Source of the DNA: a virus | Lineage: Duplodnaviria; Caudoviricetes | DNA length: 64,000 bases | Virus record (IMG/VR): IMGVR_UViG_3300034053_000029 | Location: 128,001-192,000 of that record | Reading direction: 5' to 3' (one strand) | In this document: positions 8,753 to 18,501 of the stretch, piece after piece | Position numbering within the stretch: the stretch's first letter is position 1 | Layout: each line of letters begins with the position of its first letter | Notes under the pieces: model-generated | Told to the model about the DNA's origin: nothing | The model's input: the letters and a program-made list of their open reading frames with translations, nothing else | The model's database searches: none | Made by a program: the position numbers and the translations under genes

Positions 8753-11079
8753 TATCTACCCACTACTGTAGAAAAATCTACTCCAGTCGACGTTGCTACA
8801 AATGTTAACGTAACGAAATTTATTGATCTGGTTGGTTTTATGTAGATGCTTGCTCTAAACTCGTTGCGGTCAATAACATCACCGGTATTATTCGAACTAT
8901 CGCAAACGGTCAAGAATTCAGTAATACCACGACGGCCCTGAATATCTCTCAAGTAAGAATCAACCTTTGTCTTAAAGTCAGAACGGGTAAAGTTGTCGTT
9001 AATTTCGAACAACTTGTACTTTGCCATTTGACCAATTGACTTCTCAAGGATATTAAACAAACGACGAACATTGATGCGATCAAATGCACTTGGCTTACTT
9101 GTCATGGTGCGATCACCATATAGAACTGTGCCACCACCAGAAGGAAGAACCACAACTGGATTAATTCCCTTTGGATAAATTGCATCACGCTCAGATTGAG
9201 TTGGATTCCAAGAAAGTTTTAGAACGTTCTTAACACCACCACGATCAAAACCACCAGGACTAAACCATGCCTCTGAAGTTGTTTCTAGTCTTGCAACAAT
9301 ACCTGCGATATCGCCATTCATAGGAACCCAACGATATTTGTTATTGTATTTGTCGAAGATGTACTTCCAACCAGAATCCATAACTGCATATTGAGCATAT
9401 TGATCGGCAATTGCAAGCTCATTCTGCTTGTATGCAATCATGTCATTAGCATTCTTAAACAAAACGTATTTGTTGATAGACAAGTCGGAATTTTTGTAAT
9501 CGTATGGTGATAAGAATGCCATTGCATCACCACGCTTACTTGCAACATTCTCAACAACGTGCTTAACAACATCAACGCTAAATGCTCCTGTTGGGAAGCA
9601 AGCGACATCATACATATCAACATTTGCTAGTAGATCGTATGCTTCTTTAATTTCTCCATCAGTTACGGTAGAACCGTTTGCACCACCAGTTAATGAAACT
9701 GGAGCGAATGGGCTGAAATTATATAACTGCTTGAATACTTTACCATCTTCAACTATCGTTGTGATAACCGATTTGATATCTTGATCCCATGCTAACTTGT
9801 TGCCATCTGAAGCAATATTGAAATTTGATGTTCCGGTTGCAGGGGTAGATAACCAATAGATTAGATTTGAAGAATTGTTTATTGTTGTCTTGTAATAGTT
9901 ATCCGAATTTGAGGTATTTTTAGCATCTTTGATCTTTGAAAGCCCTTCATATTTCTCTACGATGCGATTTGGAACACCACCAATTAGACCACCGTTATCG
10001 ATAACTAAAACATGAATTTCATCATCGATTGATGGGTTGAACAAGGTTGCCCAAACACCTGCAGTACCGTAACCAGAACCACCGTTATCAACTGAAACTG
10101 CGGTAACAATACCATTCTTGATTCCACCGATTGCAGGAACCGACAATACCAATCCAGAACCAGTTCCACCTGAAGAAGAAATTGTAGGAATACTTTCGTA
10201 TCCAGAACCACCATCAGTGATTGTTACGGAACCAATTTTCCCACCATCAACTGCGACGGTTGCTGTAGCAGTAACACCACCTGCTCCTGTTGGTGCTGAG
10301 ATTGTGATTGATGGTGCCACGGTATATGAGCCGGCATCGTCAATATTGATTTTGGTTATAACACCATTTTTGATTGTTACAGTAGCAGATGCGCCAACTC
10401 CAGAACCATTAAACTCTAGGTAGCATCCACTAGTTGGATAGTTTTCACCACCACTAACAATTGACACACCAGAAACGGCACCACCAGAAGTAGTAACATT
10501 GAACTTTGCACCAGAACCATTGACGATTTTTTCTTGCGCCCATGGTGATGTTTTTGGTGGTTGTGAAAACAGTGAAAGAAGATTTAGGCCATACAAATTA
10601 ACGTTCTGATTTGCATAAGTCTCGAATGATGACCAGTTACCTGAGTCTACAGCAATAACTGATAATGTATTTCCGATATCTCCTGGTAGCTTTGATGCCC
10701 ATGTGCCATATGAACCAGATGCAATTGTGGCATCACCCATCAACTGCTCTTCAAAATCTTCTCTAGTTTTGAATAATGGTGCGCCACCTACTGGTACGGT
10801 TTGAACTGAAGTCTTTGCATCGGTTGCTACGGCACGAACAACGTATGCAGAACCAGAGTACTTTAGGAACTCAGCAGCAGCAAACCACTCAGGGAAATTG
10901 GAATCATTTGGATACCCAAACGTATTAGCCAAATCTGCTTCGGTTGAAATTAAAGTTGGCACACCAATTGGGCCATTTGTGAATCGACCGGCAATACCAC
11001 CTACGGTACTTGAAACGTTTGGTACGATTAAAGTCTTATCTTGTTCCTTGATCTCTATTCCTGGACTAGTGAGAGCCAT
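8752..11079 (-). CDS. gp18: Tail sheath protein with Gly-rich repeat insertion
   Basis: TSPGIEIKEQD, GPIG.PTLI, A.EFLKY, DSGWKY.FDKYN..YRWVP.NGDIAG, WFSPGGF.RG, FDRINVRRLF, IKPTRSINFVTL.F.A. Confidence 0.97.
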   Translation of the reverse strand: MALTSPGIEIKEQDKTLIVPNVSSTVGGIAGRFTNGPIGVPTLISTEADLANTFGYPNDSNFPEWFAAAEFLKYSGSAYVVRAVATDAKTSVQTVPVGGAPLFKTREDFEEQLMGDATIASGSYGTWASKLPGDIGNTLSVIAVDSGNWSSFETYANQNVNLYGLNLLSLFSQPPKTSPWAQEKIVNGSGAKFNVTTSGGAVSGVSIVSGGENYPTSGCYLEFNGSGVGASATVTIKNGVITKINIDDAGSYTVAPSITISAPTGAGGVTATATVAVDGGKIGSVTITDGGSGYESIPTISSSGGTGSGLVLSVPAIGGIKNGIVTAVSVDNGGSGYGTAGVWATLFNPSIDDEIHVLVIDNGGLIGGVPNRIVEKYEGLSKIKDAKNTSNSDNYYKTTINNSSNLIYWLSTPATGTSNFNIASDGNKLAWDQDIKSVITTIVEDGKVFKQLYNFSPFAPVSLTGGANGSTVTDGEIKEAYDLLANVDMYDVACFPTGAFSVDVVKHVVENVASKRGDAMAFLSPYDYKNSDLSINKYVLFKNANDMIAYKQNELAIADQYAQYAVMDSGWKYIFDKYNNKYRWVPMNGDIAGIVARLETTSEAWFSPGGFDRGGVKNVLKLSWNPTQSERDAIYPKGINPVVVLPSGGGTVLYGDRTMTSKPSAFDRINVRRLFNILEKSIGQMAKYKLFEINDNFTRSDFKTKVDSYLRDIQGRRGITEFLTVCDSSNNTGDVIDRNEFRASIYIKPTRSINFVTLTFVATSTGVDFSTVVGR

Positions 11080-11132
11080 TCTTTACTCCTTCATATTATT
11101 TGTAAATTCGGTACAGTGGTTATCTGTTTGAT

Positions 11133-11140
11133 TATTTATC
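11133..11140 (-). promoter_or_regulatory. Late promoter GATAAATA for gp18
   Basis: Intergenic, just after the HEG stop; an AAGGAG RBS precedes the gp18 ATG. Confidence 0.65.
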
Positions 11141-11148
11141 TAATTCTA

Positions 11149-11985
11149 TTATTCACAAGATTTTATTCTGCCAAGAATCCACCCGTTTGGTTGACTTCCT
11201 TCGTCAAAGAACTTTGCAATAATTCCATTATTGTATATTTTCTTATTTTTGGTGTGGTTATTTGGCCTATCTAATTTTCCTTTTATCCAATCTAGATTTG
11301 GATTTTTTGTAAAATATTCACGAACTCCATCATTAAACCATTCTTTACCTTTTGATCCGTTTGGTTTCCCTCTCTTCGCAAGTGATATGTTTATTTTATG
11401 TTCTTCTGAAAATTTTCTTCCGGACAATGCCAAACTATTTTTTCGGTTATGCTCTTCTGATTTTGGTATTCCTCTTGTCGATAGTGATTGCTTCTGTTTA
11501 GATTCTTCGGTTCGTATGTTTCCTTTTGATTTTCTTCCACCAACTTTGTATTTCTCTTCAGTGAGTTTCAATCCTTTATTCCAAGCTGATTTTTTGTTTT
11601 TATGTTTTGTTTGTTTCATCTTACTGATAGATTCTTTTGACTTTGGTACTCCCTTCAAGGGCGACACTTCTGGACACATCCATAATATTTCTTTGTTTTT
11701 GTGTACCTTTTTATTTAATTTGAGTGGGTTGTTCCAATTTTCAAGAATCATGTCCTGTTCAAATAAATATGCGTCCTTGTAGTCAAAAAATTCTGCAAGT
11801 ATGTCAATGTGAAAGTCGTAGAACATTGGTTTCACATATTTAGATGAAGTGAAATACTTAATTCCTAAATCTTCTGAAGAAGGAACAATGTTTGCCCATC
11901 TTGATCCAAAATAGAATTGTCCTGTTTCTTTATGTGTGAGCTTATAAACATAAGGCAATACTTTTGTTGATTCATAAATAATCAT
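11149..11985 (-). CDS. GIY-YIG homing endonuclease with NUMOD3-like repeats (start reassigned to 11985)
   Basis: PYVYKLTHKETGQFYFGSR...YFTSSK...EQ.MI...LN; repeats SEE(S/H)K.K.S; AAGGAG RBS before the ATG at 11985. Confidence 0.88.
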   Translation of the reverse strand: MIIYESTKVLPYVYKLTHKETGQFYFGSRWANIVPSSEDLGIKYFTSSKYVKPMFYDFHIDILAEFFDYKDAYLFEQDMILENWNNPLKLNKKVHKNKEILWMCPEVSPLKGVPKSKESISKMKQTKHKNKKSAWNKGLKLTEEKYKVGGRKSKGNIRTEESKQKQSLSTRGIPKSEEHNRKNSLALSGRKFSEEHKINISLAKRGKPNGSKGKEWFNDGVREYFTKNPNLDWIKGKLDRPNNHTKNKKIYNNGIIAKFFDEGSQPNGWILGRIKSCE

Positions 11986-11986
11986 G

Positions 11987-12060
11987 CTGGTTCTCCTTGT
12001 CAATGTGTTTAGAACTAGAGTGGGTAGAGATTGCAGTCTCGTGACCCACAATTATTTATC
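11987..12060 (-). promoter_or_regulatory. Late promoter GATAAATA followed by a two-hairpin 5' leader
   Basis: GTGGGT-CAC-GAGA-CTGCAA-TCTC-T-ACCCAC stem-loop, then CTAGTTCT/AGAACCAG stem abutting the RBS. Confidence 0.6.
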
Positions 12061-13696
12061 ATAATAGAAGTTCCATCGCTTCTCTAGAATTTACCATATT
12101 TGGATTTTCTTCATATTCGTCCGATGCGTTGTGTATGATTAATGCTGGTGCTAGTTCGTCTTCTAGTTCTTTTTCTAAATTTGAATAAAGTTTATTTCTC
12201 ATAGAAACGTCATACAAATCCACGAACCAATTTTGAGTTACGCACCAGGCATGCAACCAAAGGCAACATACCATGTCATCATTAAACCCTTCATCTGCTT
12301 CCCACGATCCAGAATCATTTTGAACAAAAGTGCTTAGTTGCTGTATGCAAGTTAGATCATCAACTATTAATTGTTTTTTCTCTGCAATGTCTTTTAAATT
12401 GGCACAACCAATTCTTTTAGTCTTCTTAGTGGTACGAATTCCTGGGTAAGGGTCTGCCCCTTTCTTTCCAAGTTGATCACCAGATTTTGTCCAATATAAT
12501 CCTTCATACTCATATGTATAGTACATTTCTTCAGCAACTTGAGCGCCAACGTCATTAATCTCAATCAAGACATATGCCTCATTATATTGCTTTGCTATTT
12601 GATAACAAAGACCGGCATATTTAAGTGGAGCAATATCATTATTGTTATATGATGCAACTATTCGATGTGGATAATCTGAAATGTCAAATATTAAGAAAGC
12701 AGATGCGTCAAGGTGCCTTCCTCTAGATACATCAACCGTCATGGTATAGCTATGACCAGTTTTTGGGTGTTGATATATCTTCAACCCTTTGTACTGATCT
12801 GTAAATTCTTTAATCGGTTGAATTGGTGAAAGTGATGCCATGGTTGCTGCTGTTAATAACTGACGAGATGATCCTTGAAATTCACAATCCAACTCTTGGG
12901 CAGTTTTCAACTCACCCAATACTGACTTTTGTTCTTCATACCACTCTTGATTTCTTTCTGGATGTTCCCACCACATACTCTTTACTGGTGTGAATCCATT
13001 TATATTATTCTCTGCCTCATTCCATATTTTATGAAAATGGTTAAATCCATTTGGGGTTGATGTGATAATCAACTTCGATTCTTTTGATGCAGATAGGGTA
13101 GGGAATACTGATGTGAAGAATTCTTCTGCTTGAGTATTCTGAACGAATGCAAACTCGTCAAGTAACATCAATTGAACAGATCGACCACGAATCGCATTCT
13201 TTGAAGTTGCGGCACCAAAACACTTTGAACCATTTTCAAATTCTACGGAACCACGATTCCATCGTTTGACGCCTTGTTGCAACCACTTAGGTAAGCATTC
13301 AATGGCAAATCGAATTCGATCCATAATTTCAAATGCTTGGGCTTGCTTGTTTGCTAGAATTGCTGACGTTTTTTCGTCATTAAACAAAAGGAACCATATG
13401 ATATATGCTGCTGCTGTAGTCGTTTTACCTAACTGTCGACTTGCCATACCACAAACCTTACGGTTCTCATGATATGCTCTAACCATTTTCTTCTGGTAAT
13501 CATACAACTTCATCAAGACTGAACCACGATCAGGGTGGATTACTCTGACGTAGTTTTCGATAAAATAAATCGGGTCTTTCATACATCTAGAGATTTCAAT
13601 CATCATCTCTGGTGTGTATGATATTTGGGCGTTACATGGTCTAAGATTTGGGTTGTTCTTAAACTGTATCTCGACTAATTGTTCTAAGTCACTCAT
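12059..13696 (-). CDS. gp17: Terminase large subunit
   Basis: DPIYFIENY, LYDYQ, Walker A SRQLGKTT, Walker B LLDEFAF, ITSTPNG.NHF, QE.DCEF.GS, VDVSRG..LD.SA, DDMV. Confidence 0.97.
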   Translation of the reverse strand: MSDLEQLVEIQFKNNPNLRPCNAQISYTPEMMIEISRCMKDPIYFIENYVRVIHPDRGSVLMKLYDYQKKMVRAYHENRKVCGMASRQLGKTTTAAAYIIWFLLFNDEKTSAILANKQAQAFEIMDRIRFAIECLPKWLQQGVKRWNRGSVEFENGSKCFGAATSKNAIRGRSVQLMLLDEFAFVQNTQAEEFFTSVFPTLSASKESKLIITSTPNGFNHFHKIWNEAENNINGFTPVKSMWWEHPERNQEWYEEQKSVLGELKTAQELDCEFQGSSRQLLTAATMASLSPIQPIKEFTDQYKGLKIYQHPKTGHSYTMTVDVSRGRHLDASAFLIFDISDYPHRIVASYNNNDIAPLKYAGLCYQIAKQYNEAYVLIEINDVGAQVAEEMYYTYEYEGLYWTKSGDQLGKKGADPYPGIRTTKKTKRIGCANLKDIAEKKQLIVDDLTCIQQLSTFVQNDSGSWEADEGFNDDMVCCLWLHAWCVTQNWFVDLYDVSMRNKLYSNLEKELEDELAPALIIHNASDEYEENPNMVNSREAMELLL

Positions 13697-14135
13697 GATT
13701 GATAATAGACGGGTCTTTCAACATTTTGGTTATGTCTCTCAATGAACCTGTCATAATAATATTGTTAGTAGTCTGCTGACCAATTGGAACGTTTCCACCA
13801 ACTCCCTTTTTAGCTTGTTTGACCTCAACACGATCCTTTGATTGTTGAACAAGTTGTCTATTTAGCTCAGATGCAGTTTTAAGCATACCTGCTAACGTTT
13901 CAATTGCTCGTGGGGATTCGGATTGAGATGCGATTCTCATAGCTGTATTGACGGCAGCTTTACTTATTTCAATTAATTCGATTTGATTTTTTCTAGTATA
14001 ATCCGCATCAACGTCTTCAGTTTCTCCCTCTTGATCTAGTGGAGAATCTATTGTTTCTGGAAGATTTATTGATGATAGTTGAGGAAGTTGCATATCAACA
14101 GGATCAACATTAAGTGCATCATCTAATTTACCCAT
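13689..14135 (-). CDS. gp16: Terminase small subunit
   Basis: DADYTRKN..ELIE, SESPRAIETLA.MLK, TTNNII.TGS; overlaps the gp17 start. Confidence 0.85.
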   Translation of the reverse strand: MGKLDDALNVDPVDMQLPQLSSINLPETIDSPLDQEGETEDVDADYTRKNQIELIEISKAAVNTAMRIASQSESPRAIETLAGMLKTASELNRQLVQQSKDRVEVKQAKKGVGGNVPIGQQTTNNIIMTGSLRDITKMLKDPSIINHE

Positions 14136-14147
14136 TTTAAATTTTAC

Positions 14148-14780
14148 CTATTCGTCGTGACCTAAAAGTTCTGCTCTCCAATAATGAGTTCGTTTACCAT
14201 TTGGGTGTTCGACTATTCTTGGATTCGCATGAATTCTCAATTTTGCGTTTCTTTTAATTAAAGTTTCTCGTTCATTGTCATATCTTGCTGCATCATTTAA
14301 TGGTATAGCATTTTGACCTTTTTTTGTTTCTATTTCTAGTATATGTTTATCTTTTTCGTTTCTATGTGTGTATGTAAAATTGTGTGCAACCTTTTCATCA
14401 TGAGTGGTGCTTATATACGCAGGGCAATGAACATCAATATGTGGTCTTGATTCGCCACCTTCATGTTTCTGAATTCTATCGAAAGTCTTTTGTGGTGATT
14501 CCCTTAATCCGTGATACAATTTTGCATCTTTTTTTATTCTGTTTGCTCCGTTACCCTCATCAAAAAGGGCATCAGTTTTATCTACCACTCTTTGATGCTG
14601 TTTAGATAATGGTTTTGGTTTCTTCATCTTTCCTTTAGAGTCAACGCCACCACCATCATGTTGTGCATGTAGAGCAGCATTAATTGGGGCACTATGAAAT
14701 GAATAGTCGTAAATGTCATGTGTATGGCTTTTATCTAAACCACCATATTCATGTTTTCTTTTTAAGTCCTCGAACTTCAT
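14148..14780 (-). CDS. ADP-ribosyltransferase of the Alt/VIP2 (exoenzyme) family
   Basis: YSFHSAPINAALH helix, LYHG strand, YISTT motif, VAHNF, ILEI, GQNAI, NERETLI (ExE). Confidence 0.75.
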   Translation of the reverse strand: MKFEDLKRKHEYGGLDKSHTHDIYDYSFHSAPINAALHAQHDGGGVDSKGKMKKPKPLSKQHQRVVDKTDALFDEGNGANRIKKDAKLYHGLRESPQKTFDRIQKHEGGESRPHIDVHCPAYISTTHDEKVAHNFTYTHRNEKDKHILEIETKKGQNAIPLNDAARYDNERETLIKRNAKLRIHANPRIVEHPNGKRTHYWRAELLGHDE

Positions 14781-15547
14781 ACGTTTCTATCCCATGTTTC
14801 AATTATCGTATGTGGGTCTTCTTTATCTGCATCGAATGGATCAACTACGACAGTTTGCGTTAAGTCAATATCCATAGGATTCTTAGTAGCAATATCGACA
14901 ATAGTACGTTTGATAATCTTATCGGTACTGAAGATTGGTCCGAAGAAGTCCATCTTAGCTGTAAATGAGAATGTTTGAACAACGGTTCTTTGAGTTTGCA
15001 CACTCAAGTCTGCATAATTATCATCTACGGCAACTGCATCCAATTGAATTGGAATAGATTTCATCATACTAACTTCAGGTAAGTAGTTGATATTTAAATT
15101 TAATGATGGTGTGAAGTATGGAAGAATCTGCTCCATCATCTGAAGAGAATCATCATTATCCTTGGCATATGTGTATAACTTTATAATTAAGTCATATGGT
15201 ACAGGGTTGAATACCTTCGTCATCGACTCACCAATCTTACCTGGAATGAATGCGCCTTGAGTACCAATCTTCCTAGTTGGATCGTATCTATAATCGGTAA
15301 TCTCAAATGAAATACGAGGCATCGTGACTTTAACTCTAGGTGCAGTCAAATCTGGTTGCTCTCTAAGTCTTTCTAACCACTTACTCTTTGGTCCATATGC
15401 AACAGGAACTTTGATATGTTGAATGACTTTACAATCATCGTCATATTCGATAATGTTCATTCCTGAGAACAAGGCACCAAAAGCAGTTACGAGTTTTCGT
15501 ACTGATTGATGGTAGAATGGTTGTGATCCGAATAATGTTTGAGTCAT
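14777..15547 (-). CDS. gp15: Tail sheath terminator/stabiliser
   Basis: FYHQSVRK.V.AFG.LF, VP.AYGPK.KWL.RL, PRISFEI, PVPYDL, QM.EQILPYF.P. Confidence 0.94.
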   Translation of the reverse strand: MTQTLFGSQPFYHQSVRKLVTAFGALFSGMNIIEYDDDCKVIQHIKVPVAYGPKSKWLERLREQPDLTAPRVKVTMPRISFEITDYRYDPTRKIGTQGAFIPGKIGESMTKVFNPVPYDLIIKLYTYAKDNDDSLQMMEQILPYFTPSLNLNINYLPEVSMMKSIPIQLDAVAVDDNYADLSVQTQRTVVQTFSFTAKMDFFGPIFSTDKIIKRTIVDIATKNPMDIDLTQTVVVDPFDADKEDPHTIIETWDRNV

Positions 15548-15550
15548 AAT

Positions 15551-16321
15551 TTACATACCACTAAAAGGGTTTGATGCTGAGAATGAAACGTCTTCAGCAG
15601 CAACATCAAACTCATGAGAATTGTCGTATGAAATCTTACCAGAAGTAAATTCTGGAATCTCTTGTGTCTCTTGCATAAATCCGCCACCATTTTCTTGTAA
15701 CAGCAAACCACCATCCTCAAGAAGAATTTGATATGAAGTCATGTCGAGAGAATTCAAGTCCTCGATAGAATCTATATCAGATATTCCTGTATTCAATTCC
15801 TCTGAGTTGTATTGGAATGCTTCACATGATAGCTTGTAGATGTAATTCTTTCCGACTTGGTAGAACTCAGATTCGTGGTCACAAAATTTTATCTCTAGTA
15901 GCATCTTGGTTAGGGGATCATAAATCAAATCTCCCTCTTGTGGTCTTCCACTAACTAACACATCGAATGATGCTTCGCCGTTACCCTGATCGTTATCGAA
16001 TTGAGATTTGACTTCGGTTTCCCACCTATCAACAGATACGATCAAGTTATATGATGAATTGATTTCCAGACCAAACTTTGAATAGAGTTCCTTCTCGCCT
16101 TGGAATCCAAGCACATTCTCCATATACATTTCAATCTCAATAGCCAAAGGAAATTTGGATATATCCGTTTCACCTAACACCAAATCCCTAGTCACAACTT
16201 GTCTAGGAAGGTAGTAGAACATATGTCCTAAAACCTGAATCGATTCAGTTTTAAGTGAATTGAATAAACCTTGCTCTCCGGCAAAGGATTTATTGAAGTA
16301 TGGATTGTGTAATGATGCCAT
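15551..16321 (-). CDS. gp14: Neck protein
   Basis: EQ.L...L..ESIQ..G...YYLPR, GE....F, SKFGLE, RPQEGDLIY.P, E.EFYQ.GK, CE.FQY. Confidence 0.93.
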   Translation of the reverse strand: MASLHNPYFNKSFAGEQGLFNSLKTESIQVLGHMFYYLPRQVVTRDLVLGETDISKFPLAIEIEMYMENVLGFQGEKELYSKFGLEINSSYNLIVSVDRWETEVKSQFDNDQGNGEASFDVLVSGRPQEGDLIYDPLTKMLLEIKFCDHESEFYQVGKNYIYKLSCEAFQYNSEELNTGISDIDSIEDLNSLDMTSYQILLEDGGLLLQENGGGFMQETQEIPEFTSGKISYDNSHEFDVAAEDVSFSASNPFSGM

Positions 16322-16322
16322 A

Positions 16323-17252
16323 TTATCCTACTAGAAAACCCAGCGGTGCTCCATTACCTGCTGCTTCGTCCTCTAGTGCTTTCAATTCAGTCATTGCTTG
16401 TTCTAATATGTATTTTCCATCGTACTGTACTCCACCCGGCAGGGACATTCCAGAATATTTCGACAGCACCTGACCCCATGTTCTTTTCATTTTTGCCGTG
16501 GTGTATTTCTTTAACCAAGGATCGTTATACACCTCAGAATACACCTCTGGATCAAGACCAATGTAGCATTCAAACACATACCATGTTCCCACGTTCAAAT
16601 CCCAACTTGAATCATAGTATAAGTTATTCATCCGACGATTAAAACGATACGTCTTCTCTTTTCTCAATATGAAATCTAGATGACCAAGATAATTGAACGT
16701 CGAATACAAATAATTTGCCTGACCAGATGTGATGTTTCTAATCTCGTTAGCCATAATTTGATACTGGACATTAAACAAAATATCTGGATGATTCAATAAT
16801 CCGTTTGTATTCAATACTCTAGTGACAGAAAACACTTCATCTGGAAGCTCGATATAACCTTTATCCACGGTTCCTTTTGAAACGGTACTTATGACAGATG
16901 ATTGAGTTCCATTTGTCAAGGTCTGACCTGATGCACATATCGTACCAGTCGATGATTGAGTTGCTGATATGATATTTCCATCAACGGAAACTATGGTAGC
17001 AGAATATCCTTGTGAAGTCGTAACAGTTTGGTTTTCGACAAATCCTGTAGCATCGGCAACCGTAATTTTGGTTGGTGCAATTTGAAATTTGATGTAATTT
17101 CTCTCAATGCCCTCGTAATGATAGTCATTGAAATACTGAACGGCATCCTCTACTGCATCCTCAATTTGGTCTGGTGTCAATTCAATATTGACGATGCCGC
17201 CACCAAGTTGACGAAGTGCGTAACTTGCTAACTCCTGCCTACTTGAAATCAT
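16323..17252 (-). CDS. gp13: Neck protein with inserted beta domain
   Basis: SRQEL..YALRQLGGG..NIELT.DQIED, YHYEG, YRFNRR.N.L, YND.WLKKY.TA, WGQ.LSKY.G..LPGG. Confidence 0.93.
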   Translation of the reverse strand: MISSRQELASYALRQLGGGIVNIELTPDQIEDAVEDAVQYFNDYHYEGIERNYIKFQIAPTKITVADATGFVENQTVTTSQGYSATIVSVDGNIISATQSSTGTICASGQTLTNGTQSSVISTVSKGTVDKGYIELPDEVFSVTRVLNTNGLLNHPDILFNVQYQIMANEIRNITSGQANYLYSTFNYLGHLDFILRKEKTYRFNRRMNNLYYDSSWDLNVGTWYVFECYIGLDPEVYSEVYNDPWLKKYTTAKMKRTWGQVLSKYSGMSLPGGVQYDGKYILEQAMTELKALEDEAAGNGAPLGFLVG

Positions 17253-17950
17253 AGTCGATCCTTAATATGTTTGGTAAAATTTCCTATATCAAAAACTCTT
17301 TTACAACATATACAAGATACCTCTCTTTTGACCTCAGATATATGTTTAATGAAATTTCCATAATCAAATGTTCTATTACAACAAACACATGAACATTTGA
17401 TTATATGTCTGTTCATTGCTTTTTCTTTAATTTTGCCTTTTGTTTCATCAGAAACCAAATGTCCCCTGTTAATTTTACTAATTTTTCTCCCTAACGATTT
17501 GATTCTTTCATCAGTTTCTTTTGTTTTTCCTTTTGTCCAAGGCGTAATTCCTTTTAAACTAATACTCAATTTTTTCCTAGTTTCATCAGAAACAACTACA
17601 GTTTTTCCTTTATGAATTTTAGATAACTTTTGACGACCTTCTTCTGTTATATAGAATATTTTTTTATTGTTATGAGTACAAGACCTATTTAATAGTAGTG
17701 GATTTCCTAAATTGTTGAATATTAGTTCTTGTTCATATTTAATTGCATCAATTGGATCATCAAATTCTTTCAAAACTGTCCACTCATAATCATCTACATT
17801 ATTTTTTATTATCTTACTAGATGAAAAATATTTTATACCTAAATCGAATTCAGCCTTACATTTATTTGCTCTACGATATCCATAATAAAATTGATCAGTA
17901 AGTCTATTTACTGCAATATATACATATGGTTTCACATCGTCTTGCGTCAT
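17249..17950 (-). CDS. GIY-YIG homing endonuclease with NUMOD3 and two C-terminal Cys/His fingers
   Basis: PYVYIAVNRLTDQFYYGYR...YFSSS...EQELI; SDETRKKLS; C.CC.R.FD.GNF.KH present twice. Confidence 0.87.
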   Translation of the reverse strand: MTQDDVKPYVYIAVNRLTDQFYYGYRRANKCKAEFDLGIKYFSSSKIIKNNVDDYEWTVLKEFDDPIDAIKYEQELIFNNLGNPLLLNRSCTHNNKKIFYITEEGRQKLSKIHKGKTVVVSDETRKKLSISLKGITPWTKGKTKETDERIKSLGRKISKINRGHLVSDETKGKIKEKAMNRHIIKCSCVCCNRTFDYGNFIKHISEVKREVSCICCKRVFDIGNFTKHIKDRL

Positions 17951-18492
17951 TTTGATAGTTCCTCAACCAATTCAGCAATCGTATCGAATGGAGTCTTGGA
18001 CTTCATGATCTTTGATTCAGATACTAGGCCACAATATTTTCCATCTTTCTTTAAGACGTTGAAGTTATTCATACTGACTACTTCATATCCTTCATCAATT
18101 GCATTTTGAGTAGGAGTCTTTCTAGTGTCCTCGGAAGTCATCTTGTTTTTAACTGTAACTTTGACTCCCTCTTTAACTGGAGATATTCCCTTCTTCTTCA
18201 CATCAAATTCGATGAGTGGATTGAGTTCAATCTGCTCTTTAAGAGGGCAAAATATTTTATCTCCAACCACAACTTCAAGACGAGATTCATATACGCCAGA
18301 AGGAAGGATTCCTTTTAATTTAGGAACAGCGGCAATGACTTCACCGTTTTCGATCTTGCACTTACATGCGACATCGAAATCTGGCCCCTCAATTACCAAT
18401 CTTGCATATTGGGTTTGTTCTGTTGTGCCAAACACTTCAAGGCTAAATGCCATGTCGGTTTGTTCAGTAAGTTCAAGTTTTCCTAAAATCAT
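17947..18492 (-). CDS. Hypothetical protein
   Basis: 181-aa ORF with AGGA RBS, coupled to its neighbour. Confidence 0.7.
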   Translation of the reverse strand: MILGKLELTEQTDMAFSLEVFGTTEQTQYARLVIEGPDFDVACKCKIENGEVIAAVPKLKGILPSGVYESRLEVVVGDKIFCPLKEQIELNPLIEFDVKKKGISPVKEGVKVTVKNKMTSEDTRKTPTQNAIDEGYEVVSMNNFNVLKKDGKYCGLVSESKIMKSKTPFDTIAELVEELSK

Positions 18493-18501
18493 AATAATTC
18501 C

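Noticed and set aside
968-13696. Group I introns or inteins in gp23, gp20, gp18 or gp17
   Set aside because: All ORFs are continuous with conserved motifs in order, and no intein C/HN motifs were seen; the endonucleases are intergenic
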